Below are positions 1 to 8,627 of a stretch of DNA of 44,054 bases, piece by piece (the stretch's first letter is position 1; each line of letters opens with the position of its first letter). The notes beneath the pieces are model-generated. The model did not search any database. It saw nothing but the letters and a program-made list of their open reading frames with translations, and was not told the origin of the DNA. The stretch covers positions 1-44,054 of the forward strand of contig JBKHJL010000003.1 of the NCBI GenBank assembly GCA_046538155.1, read 5' to 3'. Both the position numbers and the translations under genes were made by a program. This stretch comes from Candidatus Micrarchaeia archaeon (GTDB lineage Archaea > Micrarchaeota > Micrarchaeia > Anstonellales > Bilamarchaeaceae).

Positions 1-103
1 TTCTCTTCTTTGTTGTCTTTTTCTTGGTCGCTGGCTTTCTTTTGGTTGTTCTCTTCTTTGTTGTCTTTTTCTTGGTCGCTGGCTTTCTTTTGGTTGTTCT
101 CTT
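1..103. repeat. 48-bp perfect tandem repeat (two full copies plus a partial copy), coding a 16-aa unit TTKRKPATKKKTTKKR
   Basis: Positions 1-48 are identical to 49-96, and a third copy begins at 97. Confidence 0.9.
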
Positions 104-361
104 TCCGGCCGTTTTCTTCTTTGTTGGTTTTTTCTTCACCATAGTGGTACCCTCCATGGGGATATTATTGTAAGATTTTTTGGATGTGGTAGTAAACTCC
201 ACATCTGCATACTCATCTATTTCCGGTGGTTCAGGTTCTTCTTCCTCTTCTTCATAGATTATGGTTTCCCTTTCCTGCATCGGAGGTTCAGGGATAGCTT
301 TTACCTCTTTCTTTTCATCTGAACCAAACAGCCACCGCTTCAATTTATCAACGAGTCCCAT
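1..361 (-). CDS. Hypothetical protein with an acidic N-terminal half and a Lys/Arg/Thr-rich, histone H1-like repetitive tail; runs off the window edge
   Basis: Not in the ORF track because it has no stop within the window. Manual translation from ATG 361 gives MGLVDKLKRWLFGSDEKKEV...YEEEEEEPEPPEIDEY...MVKKKPTKKKTAGKRTTKRKPATKKKTTKKRTTKRKPATKKKTTKKR. A second in-frame ATG at 142 is preceded by GGAGGG. Confidence 0.7.
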   Translation of the reverse strand, partial: MGLVDKLKRWLFGSDEKKEVKAIPEPPMQERETIIYEEEEEEPEPPEIDEYADVEFTTTSKKSYNNIPMEGTTMVKKKPTKKKTAGKRTTKRKPATKKKTTKKRTTKRKPATKKKTTKKR

Positions 362-432
362 TTTACTTCACGGTGCTAATACAAACGCAAACAATAAAAA
401 AGTTGCGCAGATTTTCGTCATAAACAACTTGC

Positions 433-963
433 TTAGGCCCATGCTATTCTTGCAGTTTCAGCACGCGCGCTCTGGGTAAGCAAACGGCCGGTGGAAAGAG
501 AGGACTGCCAGGGCTTCTTATTCATAGCAATTACGTACTGGTACCACATATGCCACTTGACCATCCAAAGCGGGTCAAACTTGCCCCGCCTCATGTTTCT
601 GAGACCCCTGGACCTTGAAGTTTGTTTCTGCAGTTCAAACAGGGGCCTGTACTCATCTCCGGAGCTTTTGGGGATTTTGGACATCTCTGTCTTTTTTCCC
701 TGACGCCCATGTTCCTTTTCTTCTTCATTTACAGAATCTGACAGGGGCTCTTTTTTACCAAAATCAGCAAAAATGACATTGCCCTCCCTGTGGATTTTCG
801 GGCTCTGTTTTCTTTTGGTTGGGGTGGATTCCGCTCCACCTTTTATACTGGAAAACCTGGGTAATTTGCCTGGTGCCCGGGAATCTCCGCCATGAGAAAT
901 GCTGGATGCATTACCCAGACTGGGCTGCTTGGTCTGCTTGAAAACCAGGATTGGCTTTGCCAT
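433..963 (-). CDS. Hypothetical basic, largely low-complexity protein
   Basis: ORF 433..981. The ATG at 963 is preferred because TTTATATA lies about 25-30 nt upstream on the minus strand. No family recognised. Confidence 0.55.
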   Translation of the reverse strand: MAKPILVFKQTKQPSLGNASSISHGGDSRAPGKLPRFSSIKGGAESTPTKRKQSPKIHREGNVIFADFGKKEPLSDSVNEEEKEHGRQGKKTEMSKIPKSSGDEYRPLFELQKQTSRSRGLRNMRRGKFDPLWMVKWHMWYQYVIAMNKKPWQSSLSTGRLLTQSARAETARIAWA

Positions 964-1014
964 GTAAAAATCTCCCATCATAAAATATATAAATATTAGT
1001 TGAATTTTTTCCGA

Positions 1015-2343
1015 TTATTGCCGTAGTAATTCTGAAAAAGCTGCAAGGAACCCGTTTAAGGTGCCGTCAGGTATATTTGCGCCTGCAGCTATCCTGTGCC
1101 CGCCCCCTACCCCACCTGCCTTCTCTGCTGCTTCGGAAAGGGTTTTGCCCAGGTTCAGGCCCGAAGCAACAAGGCCTTTTGTTCCGCGGGAGGAAATCTT
1201 TATTCCGGATTCCGAAATGGCAGCTCCGATTATGGGTTTTTTCCGGCCTCCGGAAACCATGCCGCAAACAATCCCTATTATGGAATCCTCCACAACCCCT
1301 CTCGCATCAATAAAGAAGAAGGGCCCAAAATCATTTATATTGTTCTTGGCAAACGAAACTCCGCTCCTTATGGCGAGCTTATGCTGCCGCAGGAGGCCAA
1401 GGGCCGTTTCATAGGAAGCCGGCTCCATGAGACAGAGGGAGATGCCGGCTTCGGGCTTTGAGTGCCTTCCGCAGGCATTCAGTACAGTTGAAAACTCCGC
1501 TGCATCATAGGTGCTTGGCTGGGAAACCCTTTTTTGGAGCAGGTATGTTTCCCCCACCAGGCCTGAAGCCGCCCACTGCATACCCTTGTCCACAAGGAGA
1601 TTTGAAACCGCGGAAACCAGCCTCTTTTTTTCCTGAAATGATAAATCAGAGTATTTCCTCCAAGTATCCCCTTCCTTTAGTTTTATTCCACAATCAAAAA
1701 GGAACTTTTCGCAGTTTTCCGGGTTGTAAGCAAGAGAAGGGATGAATGGCTCATCTGAATATGCAAGAAAATCAACAAGGGGCCTTGAATACCTCCCGTA
1801 AAGGGTAAGCTCAATCTTTGTCTCAATCTCTCCAAGCTCCTCACCTTTCCGGAGAACAAAACGATTCATTCCATGAAGGGGATATTGCATGTCCCCCACT
1901 GCCCCAGTTACTCCCAGGTCAAAATGATGGTTGAAAACAAGGGAGCATGCAGCAGAAGCAGAAAGCTCGGTTCCACCATCTATTCCAAAAAGAAGGGGGT
2001 TTGCCTGCAGCTTTTCTATTCCTTCTGTCTGGTGATGGTCAATAATTACAACGTCCCTGAGTTCATTTACCCTCTTGTTTCCGCCTCCGAGATCTACCAG
2101 AATTATCTCCTTTTCATGCTGGATTTGCTCAATTACCGAATCATCCAGCTTTTTTGTAGGGAAACTCCGGTGCTTCTTGTTTTGCTTGATGAATGCAGAA
2201 GTGGTGATTGCACCACTTGTGATTCCATCTGCATCATAGTGAAAGATGACCAGGGGGTTCCTGAAAGAGAGCGCAACCCTCCTTGCTTCCCCGCACCTTT
2301 CCAAAAATTCCAGCTGGTTTGAAGAGAGTTCCATAAAAATCAA
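1015..2343 (-). CDS. recJ: RecJ/GAN(Cdc45)-like DHH-DHHA1 phosphoesterase
   Basis: Motifs HYDADG, VDLG, IDHH, GAVGD, LNACGR and C-terminal GGGHRIAAG. Confidence 0.9.
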   Translation of the reverse strand: MIFMELSSNQLEFLERCGEARRVALSFRNPLVIFHYDADGITSGAITTSAFIKQNKKHRSFPTKKLDDSVIEQIQHEKEIILVDLGGGNKRVNELRDVVIIDHHQTEGIEKLQANPLLFGIDGGTELSASAACSLVFNHHFDLGVTGAVGDMQYPLHGMNRFVLRKGEELGEIETKIELTLYGRYSRPLVDFLAYSDEPFIPSLAYNPENCEKFLFDCGIKLKEGDTWRKYSDLSFQEKKRLVSAVSNLLVDKGMQWAASGLVGETYLLQKRVSQPSTYDAAEFSTVLNACGRHSKPEAGISLCLMEPASYETALGLLRQHKLAIRSGVSFAKNNINDFGPFFFIDARGVVEDSIIGIVCGMVSGGRKKPIIGAAISESGIKISSRGTKGLVASGLNLGKTLSEAAEKAGGVGGGHRIAAGANIPDGTLNGFLAAFSELLRQ

Positions 2344-2353
2344 AAATAGGGGA

Positions 2354-3313
2354 TTAATCCCCTATCCCCTTTGCAGTGACCCTGAAAACAGCTTCCCCCT
2401 CCGGAAGGCTGGGGCTGTCAATCAGCCTGGCAATCCTCTTGGACTCCTTGCTCTTTCGCAGATAAACGCGGTAAGTTGCTGCGTGGGCAAGCACATGCCC
2501 TCCTATGGGGGTGGTCGGGTCGCCAAACAGGATTGCCGGATTGTCCATCACCTGGTTGGTAACATATATTGCAAGATTATATTTGTCTGCAAACTTCTGG
2601 AGGGTGTGGACGTGCTTGTTCAATTTCTGCTGCCTCTCGCCCAGGGCTCCCCTGCCCACATAATCAGCGCGGAACTGGGATGTGAGAGAATCCACTATGA
2701 TCAGGCGGATATTTTCTTTTTTTATCATCTGTTCTGCCTTTTCCAGAAGAATTATCTGGTGGTCTGAGTTTTCCGCCCGTGCAACCAAGATATTTTCCAG
2801 GGTCCTATCAGGATCCAGTCCATTGGTTTCAGCAATCTGGACAACCCTCTCGGGCCTGAAGGTGCTTTCCGTATCTATGAACAGACTGCGGGGGGGAGTT
2901 TCCCCCTCGTCCGTCAGGGCATTCTGCAGATTCACCGCAAGCTGGAACCCGACCTGGGATTTTCCTGAAGAAAATTTCCCAAAGCACTCAGTTATTGCCT
3001 GTGTTTCTATCCCCCCTCCAAGAAGCTCGTCCAGCTTGGAGGAACCTGTGGAAATTCTCCGCACATTTTTTCTCCGTTCAAGTATCTGGTTGGCTCTCTC
3101 AAAACCGGTTTCAATTGCATCCTTTGCTGCGGAAATTGCCTTTTTGGCGGCTTCCACTCCAAATTCCCCGGCTTCTGCAAGTTCGTGTGGGTTTGAAGCA
3201 GCTATCTGGGGTAGCTCATTATATCCTGCCTTGCGCAGCTTGTCCCCGGTGACCCCCCCAATCCCGGGGAGGTCTTCCAGCTCCTTTAGAAGGATGTATT
3301 TTTCCTCACTCAT
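2354..3313 (-). CDS. radA: DNA repair and recombination protein RadA
   Basis: N-terminal HhH (LEDLPGIG), Walker [34 protein letters not shown] and RLIDSP. The ATG at 3313 follows GGGTGG. Confidence 0.97.
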   Translation of the reverse strand: MSEEKYILLKELEDLPGIGGVTGDKLRKAGYNELPQIAASNPHELAEAGEFGVEAAKKAISAAKDAIETGFERANQILERRKNVRRISTGSSKLDELLGGGIETQAITECFGKFSSGKSQVGFQLAVNLQNALTDEGETPPRSLFIDTESTFRPERVVQIAETNGLDPDRTLENILVARAENSDHQIILLEKAEQMIKKENIRLIIVDSLTSQFRADYVGRGALGERQQKLNKHVHTLQKFADKYNLAIYVTNQVMDNPAILFGDPTTPIGGHVLAHAATYRVYLRKSKESKRIARLIDSPSLPEGEAVFRVTAKGIGD

Positions 3314-3602
3314 TGAATCCACCCTGCTTGTCGTTCTTGAATACCAGGAGAGTCATCCTCCCAATATTAAGGACATAGAACTCATTTCCGTTCTTGCTGG
3401 TCTTCTTCCACATTCCGCCCACATTTTTCAGGATGGAGTTCCCATCTTTGTCCCTGTCCGGCTGCATTACCCGGAAATCAGGTCTTTCTCCGCCTCCGCT
3501 TCCTCCGGAACCAAATCCTTCGGATTTGGGCTGCTGCTCAAAATTCTGCTCCTTTGCCGGAGATTCCTCTATTTCCTCAAATTCTTCAAGTTTTTCTTCC
3601 AT
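3306..3602 (-). CDS. Small protein with an acidic N-terminus and a DUF736-like beta-rich C-terminal domain, overlapping the radA start
   Basis: [21 protein letters not shown] resembles the DUF736-type 'GAAWKKTSxxGxxY' pattern (from recall). Its stop overlaps the first radA codons. Confidence 0.65.
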   Translation of the reverse strand: MEEKLEEFEEIEESPAKEQNFEQQPKSEGFGSGGSGGGERPDFRVMQPDRDKDGNSILKNVGGMWKKTSKNGNEFYVLNIGRMTLLVFKNDKQGGFNE

Positions 3603-3773
3603 TTTTTTCACATCCGTGCCCGGTGGGCACTCAATCCATTCTGCACCCAAACAGGTGCTCCAAGAAGATATTGTCCGGATATTGTTTTAAAAGAAGCGGA
3701 GGGGTGGGTTTCCAGTGTTTCCGGTGCGCAATAATTGGGAAACAAATAAATACTATTTATGAGATATTATAGC

Positions 3774-4029
3774 GAACGGGGGGCAGGCGGCTCACCGGGC
3801 ACTCCGGAGGAAGTTCTGCCCACCAGAGGCAAAGGCCCCTTAAGGGGGCTCCTAGCGGGAACAGAAACGCAACTCCCATGGTCTTACTATGAGGAAACGA
3901 GGTGTCCATGAAGGAGATGAAACGGCCCGCGAAGGCCGGGTGATGGTGCAAGCCGGTTTCGGCGCTTAGTATAATGCCGCCTCAACGCTTCGGCGTTGGC
4001 ACACAGAAGGCAGGCTATGCCCTCCGTTC
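3774..4029 (+). ncRNA. rnpB: Archaeal RNase P RNA (short form, about 256 nt)
   Basis: P1 pairing GAACGGGGGGCA...TGCCCTCCGTTC. CR-I GAGGAAGTTCTGCC pairs with CR-V ACAGAAGGCAGGCT (P4). CR-II ACAGAAAC, CR-III TGAAACGG, GTGCAAG and CGCTTAG are present. Confidence 0.92.
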
Positions 4030-4065
4030 AATAACATTTTTAAGCTATACAACCAAATAAACAGC

Positions 4066-4503
4066 ATGCGTTTATTCCTTGAAGCATTTGTTTCAGCCAT
4101 AATAGCGCTCCTGCTGCTGAACTTTTTTGGCATAACCCTCTATACCCTTACTTCACTGACTTCATTTTTCGTGATACTGCTGGTAATACTTATAGTGGAA
4201 GAAAAACTGGGGATATCCAGTGAAAAAGTTATTCAGGAGATGCGGCTGGAACGGCCCATACTCTCCACTGTCCTTGCCTTCATAATACTGATATTAATAG
4301 CACTTGTATTCACAGTAATACACGACAGGATAAGCATTGTAGTTGCACCTTTGGTAAATGCAACAGTTGAGCTCGGACTTATAGGCCTCGCCTTGGTAAT
4401 GGCTGCTGCATACAGGCTATTCTACCACGTGATGTTCAAAAAAATACAACTGGACCCGGGAATAGACCTGGGAATAAAAAGGAAATTCGGCAAAGGGGAA
4501 TAA
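4066..4503 (+). CDS. Hypothetical membrane protein (about 4 TM segments)
   Basis: 145-aa ORF with hydrophobic segments and an upstream TTTTTAAG TATA-like element. Confidence 0.75.
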   Translation: MRLFLEAFVSAIIALLLLNFFGITLYTLTSLTSFFVILLVILIVEEKLGISSEKVIQEMRLERPILSTVLAFIILILIALVFTVIHDRISIVVAPLVNATVELGLIGLALVMAAAYRLFYHVMFKKIQLDPGIDLGIKRKFGKGE

Positions 4504-4505
4504 TC

Positions 4506-5141
4506 CTATTTGAAGGAGACCTCCACCTTTATTTTTGAGCCTTTTGAGATATCCAGTTTTTTTGCAAGGTCATGGGGAGAAATGATTTCAAGAACTCTCA
4601 GTCCGTGGTGGGAGCGGAAGGGGAAAATCAATGCGCCTTCATAACCACCTATACTACAGGGATAGAGTCCCACCGGCCCAAAACTGCGGCCCCCCTGTCT
4701 GAATCCCTTTATCATGATTGGGCGGTGCTCGCGCAGGGCTATGCGGTGCTCAATCTGGGACTCATCCAATTCTATATTAAGTGTGCCGGGAAAAGGAGTA
4801 AATCCGAGTGCTTCCTTCATTCTGTTTTTGTAGGGGGGGAGAGAAACGTAATACTTGCCCTCATCCAAACCACGGACCACCCTGCCAGTAAAAATAAACC
4901 TGTTCTTCTGGAAAATTGATGAAAGGCGGGAATAGAGCCGGACCAGTTCTTTTCTTCCATTCTGGGTTATCCTTATGCCTTTCTCCCCTGATACAAGATA
5001 GCCTTCATGGATAAGCTTCCTAAGCCTTATGGATGCATTCTGCTGGCTCATAAAAAGAGATTTTCCAAGATTTCTGGTGGTGAGGTGCACAGGCTCATCA
5101 AGAGCGCCTTTCTCGGCCAACAAAAGAATTAGCTCATCCAT
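4506..5141 (-). CDS. ribK: CTP-dependent riboflavin kinase with an N-terminal winged HTH (RbkR-type)
   Basis: HTH (MSQQNASIRLRKL), GLDEGKYYV, PFPGTLN and LEIISP. Start taken at MDELIL (5141). Confidence 0.9.
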   Translation of the reverse strand: MDELILLLAEKGALDEPVHLTTRNLGKSLFMSQQNASIRLRKLIHEGYLVSGEKGIRITQNGRKELVRLYSRLSSIFQKNRFIFTGRVVRGLDEGKYYVSLPPYKNRMKEALGFTPFPGTLNIELDESQIEHRIALREHRPIMIKGFRQGGRSFGPVGLYPCSIGGYEGALIFPFRSHHGLRVLEIISPHDLAKKLDISKGSKIKVEVSFK

Positions 5142-5183
5142 AATGGAAAAAGGCTGGAAAAAGTTTTTAAATGCTGGAGCATA

Positions 5184-5939
5184 ATGCAAAACGGTGATCT
5201 GCTGCTTGAATCCATGAAAACCTCCCTTGAGAGTTTTTCCAGGGATCCGGTTTCATTTATGCTTCCAACTATCATATACCCTATTTTCATGCTTGTAACC
5301 ATGGGGGCTTCAATCGGGATAATGCTTCTCCTTTTCCTGGTGCTCACGGGCATCGGGATAGATGCACAGATAAACCTTATTGTATTGGGGGTACTGGGGG
5401 CAGTGTTGCTATTCATAAACAGCATTTTCTATGCTGGATACAAAGGAGCTCTGATAAATGAATATCACCGCGCATTGCACAAAGAAAAGGTGGGAATCGT
5501 CTCCTTTATGCACTATGCATTTGGCAATGCAATTTCATTTTTTGTGATGAGCCTGGTAAAAATGATTGTGATAGGGTTCTTCCTGAGCCCGCTTGCACTA
5601 CTGTTCTACTTCCTGAAAGTTTGGACAATACACCTCGCCCTGGTCTACCTATTCGGGGCCGTGGCGCTTTTCATCCTGTTCATGATAGAGTTCCTTTTTG
5701 CTTTTACCTACATTGCATACGTGGAAAAAAAGGTCAGGCCATTCAGCGCAATCCTGATTTCTCTTAATTTTATAAAGGACACAAACATCAAGGCCCTGTT
5801 AGTATACGTGCTGTATTCAATCATAGTGATGAGCACACTCGTTCCCCTGCTGAACATAATAATGTATCTTGTATTCTATCCTATTGCAATGAGCTCGCTC
5901 ATAAAGTTCTTTGAAAAGGAGAGCTATTCTCCTTATTAG
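5184..5939 (+). CDS. Hypothetical polytopic membrane protein
   Basis: 251 aa with about 6 hydrophobic helices. Confidence 0.75.
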   Translation: MQNGDLLLESMKTSLESFSRDPVSFMLPTIIYPIFMLVTMGASIGIMLLLFLVLTGIGIDAQINLIVLGVLGAVLLFINSIFYAGYKGALINEYHRALHKEKVGIVSFMHYAFGNAISFFVMSLVKMIVIGFFLSPLALLFYFLKVWTIHLALVYLFGAVALFILFMIEFLFAFTYIAYVEKKVRPFSAILISLNFIKDTNIKALLVYVLYSIIVMSTLVPLLNIIMYLVFYPIAMSSLIKFFEKESYSPY

Positions 5940-6841
5940 TGTCCCCCTGATGAAACTACTGCTGCAACCGTTCCGTCTGCTGTTGCGGTTGTAATCTGCT
6001 TGACAGGTGAATGGCGGGCATCCCCTGCAGCAAAAACCCCGGGGAGACCTGTTTCCCTCTTCTCATTTGTCTTGATGTAGCCACGCTCATCTGTTTCAAT
6101 CTGGTCCATGAACAACTCAGTGTTGGGGAGCATGCCGATGTAAATGAACACTCCTGCAACCGGAAGCGTGCTTTCATTCCCCGTCTTATTGTTTCTCAGA
6201 GTAAGAGATTCAACTCCGGATTCCCCCCCATTTACGCTCTGCACCCCATTGTTCCAGAGGAATTCAATCTTATGGTTTTCAAACACCCTCTCCTGCATGT
6301 ACTTCTCTGCTCGGAGCTCATCCCTCCGGTGGATTATTGTAACCTTCTCTGCAAAATTTGTGAGGTGGAGAGCCTCCTCAACTGCAGAATCTCCCCCTCC
6401 CACTACTGCAACTTCCTTTCCCTTGAAAAACGGACCATCGCAGGTCGCACAGTAGCTTACCCCTCTGCCGACAAACTCGTCCTCTCCAGGAACACCCAGT
6501 TTTCTCCAGCGGTTTCCTGTTGCTATTATTATGTTCTCTGCATGGTACTGGGCCTCCTTTGTCTTTACCTGCTTTTGCTTTAAGTCTGCTTCAATGACTT
6601 CTGAGAATGGCTTAACCTCTGTACCGAAAGACTCTGCCTGGGCAACCATTGTCTGGATCAGCTCCTGCCCGCTGGTGGACTTAACCCCTGGGTAGTTCTC
6701 CACTATGGAACTCAGATAAATCTGGCCCCCGGGGGCGGCCTTGTCCAGGAGCAGGGTCTTTCTCCCCGCCCGTGAGGCATAGATTGCTGCAGAAAGCCCT
6801 GCCGGTCCTGCCCCTATTATTACAGTATTGTATTCCTCCAT
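5936..6841 (-). CDS. trxB: Thioredoxin-disulfide reductase
   Basis: IIGAGPAG, ENYPG, GVSYCATCDG, VGGGDSA, HRRD and FAAGD. Start taken at MEEYNT (6841). Confidence 0.96.
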   Translation of the reverse strand: MEEYNTVIIGAGPAGLSAAIYASRAGRKTLLLDKAAPGGQIYLSSIVENYPGVKSTSGQELIQTMVAQAESFGTEVKPFSEVIEADLKQKQVKTKEAQYHAENIIIATGNRWRKLGVPGEDEFVGRGVSYCATCDGPFFKGKEVAVVGGGDSAVEEALHLTNFAEKVTIIHRRDELRAEKYMQERVFENHKIEFLWNNGVQSVNGGESGVESLTLRNNKTGNESTLPVAGVFIYIGMLPNTELFMDQIETDERGYIKTNEKRETGLPGVFAAGDARHSPVKQITTATADGTVAAVVSSGGH

Positions 6842-6846
6842 CTTAA

Positions 6847-7647
6847 TCACAATTCTGATTTCTTTCCTGTGGAATCGCGGGTATACTTGCCGAACTCTTT
6901 TATTTTCAGTGCGAGCTCCCCGGAAATTATGGGTCCGTCTCTGCACATGCAGAGGCCAAGGTCATCAACACAGCACTGCCCGCAGACACCTATCCCGCAT
7001 TTCATGTACCTTTCCATGCTTATCTCGCTGGGAATCCCGGCCTTTTGGGAAATCTCAACCACCTTCTTCATCATTATTTCGGGGCCGCAGCTAAAAACCT
7101 TGTCGATTTTGTGAGTTTTAAGCAGGTATTTCAGCACATCCGGGGAATAGCATTTCGGGCCTTCTGAGCCATCATCAGTGCAGATATGCAACTCTGCTCC
7201 GGCCTGCTTCATGCGCTCCTTGAAAAGAAGGCGTGCGCTGGTGCGGGCACCTTCTATAAAATAAACCTTTTTTCCATGAAGGGTTGCCTGCTCTGCAAGA
7301 TAAGCGAGGGGTGCTGAACCATATCCCCCGCCCACTGTTGCAATGGAAGTGCAATCCTTGGGAAATTTATAGTGGGTTCCAAAAGGGCCCCGGAAACCGA
7401 TTTTATCACCTTTGCCGAGTTTGGAAACAGATTCTGAAAATGGCCCCACAGCACAGACAGTTACCTGGAATTTTCCTTCCTTTTCCCCCGAGATTGAGAT
7501 GGGCTTTTCGCCCTTTCCGGGCAGCCAGAGCATCACGAACTGCCCGGGCTTTGAGTTTAGCTCATGGGGAATGGTAAGGGTGACACTGTCTTCAGATTCT
7601 TTTTGCACATCAGCTATTCTCACTACAGTGAATCTATCATTCTTCAT
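6847..7647 (-). CDS. pyrK: Dihydroorotate dehydrogenase B electron-transfer subunit
   Basis: PGQFVMLW, GGGYG, CGPEIMM and the 2Fe-2S motif MKCGIGVCGQC...C; overlaps the end of pyrD. Confidence 0.93.
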   Translation of the reverse strand: MKNDRFTVVRIADVQKESEDSVTLTIPHELNSKPGQFVMLWLPGKGEKPISISGEKEGKFQVTVCAVGPFSESVSKLGKGDKIGFRGPFGTHYKFPKDCTSIATVGGGYGSAPLAYLAEQATLHGKKVYFIEGARTSARLLFKERMKQAGAELHICTDDGSEGPKCYSPDVLKYLLKTHKIDKVFSCGPEIMMKKVVEISQKAGIPSEISMERYMKCGIGVCGQCCVDDLGLCMCRDGPIISGELALKIKEFGKYTRDSTGKKSEL

Positions 7648-8551
7648 GAACAATACCCCTCATCTCACTTATTGACCTGTACCCCTCCTTCTCCATAATG
7701 TTCTGCATTTCTTCAGAAACCCTGGAGAAAACTTCGGGGCCGCGATAATAAACACCTGTCCCGATTCCCACGGCAGAGGCACCCGCCATAATCATTTCAA
7801 CTGCATCCCTTCCGGTGGTTACCCCACCAGTGCCAATTATCGGGAGCTTTGTTGACTTGTAAATGTCATATACGCATTTCAGGGCAAGAGGCTTGATTGC
7901 CGGGCCAGAGATGCCACCCACCCTGTTGGAAAGCACGGGGCGGGCAGCTTCAACATTTATCAGCATGCCAGGCCCGACAGTATTTATTGCAGTTATGCCG
8001 TCTGCACCTTCCTTGGCAACCGCTTCAGCAATCACCCCAATGGTTGAGACGTTGGGGGAAAGTTTTACCAGCACCGGAATATTGGTGGATTTCTTTACTT
8101 TTTTGGTTACTACTGCTGCAATCCCCGGGTCGCAGGCAAAGGGGCGGCCGAATTCATCCTCCACATTTGGGCAGGAAATATTTACTTCGATTAAGTGAGG
8201 GTTGGCCTTGGAAACTGCTTCGGCGACCTTGCCGAATTCGGTTATTGTGGTTGCAAAAATGGAGGCTATTACTGGGACTCCGGAGTTCTTTACTGCAAAC
8301 TCGAGTTCAGGGAGTGTTTCTTCGGCGCCTGCATTGGAAAGGCCCACTGCATTTATCATTCCCTGGGAATAAGTAGCGATTACCGGGGTGGGGTGGCCCT
8401 TGCGCTCCTTTAGGGAAATGGACTTTGTGGTTACTGCACCTGCGCCAGCCTTTGCAACTGCGGCAAGGGAGGCGCCTGTTACGCCAAGAATTCCGGAAGC
8501 GAGTACCGTGGGATTCTGCAGTTTTGTTCCTGCAACTTCAGTAGAAAGCAT
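7637..8551 (-). CDS. pyrD: Dihydroorotate dehydrogenase 1B catalytic subunit
   Basis: ASG, TTKS, NAVGLSN, EVNISCPN, VKLSPN, AINT and GGISG. Start taken at MLSTEV (8551). Confidence 0.95.
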   Translation of the reverse strand: MLSTEVAGTKLQNPTVLASGILGVTGASLAAVAKAGAGAVTTKSISLKERKGHPTPVIATYSQGMINAVGLSNAGAEETLPELEFAVKNSGVPVIASIFATTITEFGKVAEAVSKANPHLIEVNISCPNVEDEFGRPFACDPGIAAVVTKKVKKSTNIPVLVKLSPNVSTIGVIAEAVAKEGADGITAINTVGPGMLINVEAARPVLSNRVGGISGPAIKPLALKCVYDIYKSTKLPIIGTGGVTTGRDAVEMIMAGASAVGIGTGVYYRGPEVFSRVSEEMQNIMEKEGYRSISEMRGIVHEE

Positions 8552-8627
8552 CAGAGTAATTAGTAGATGTGAATAATTTAAAGGGGTTTTGTATGTAAAA
8601 AAAGGAAAAAAGAAAACTGAAGGGGGA

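Noticed and set aside
1-103. 48-bp repeat as a possible CRISPR array
   Set aside because: The copies are contiguous with no spacers, the length is a multiple of 3, and they lie within a Lys-rich reading frame.
2682-3734. 350-aa plus-strand ORF, and similar long ORFs at 23743..24558, 36493..37497 and 40447..41280
   Set aside because: They are antisense shadows of well-supported genes and show no recognisable motifs.
3757-3951. 64-aa minus-strand ORF, and the 84-aa ORF at 13655..13909
   Set aside because: They overlap the RNase P RNA and tRNA-Phe/pdxT respectively, which explain those sequences.
5294-5304. Partial palindrome match TGTAACCATGG
   Set aside because: Only 11 of 16 bp match, the right arm is broken, and it lies inside a coding region. 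Not counted as a fourth site.
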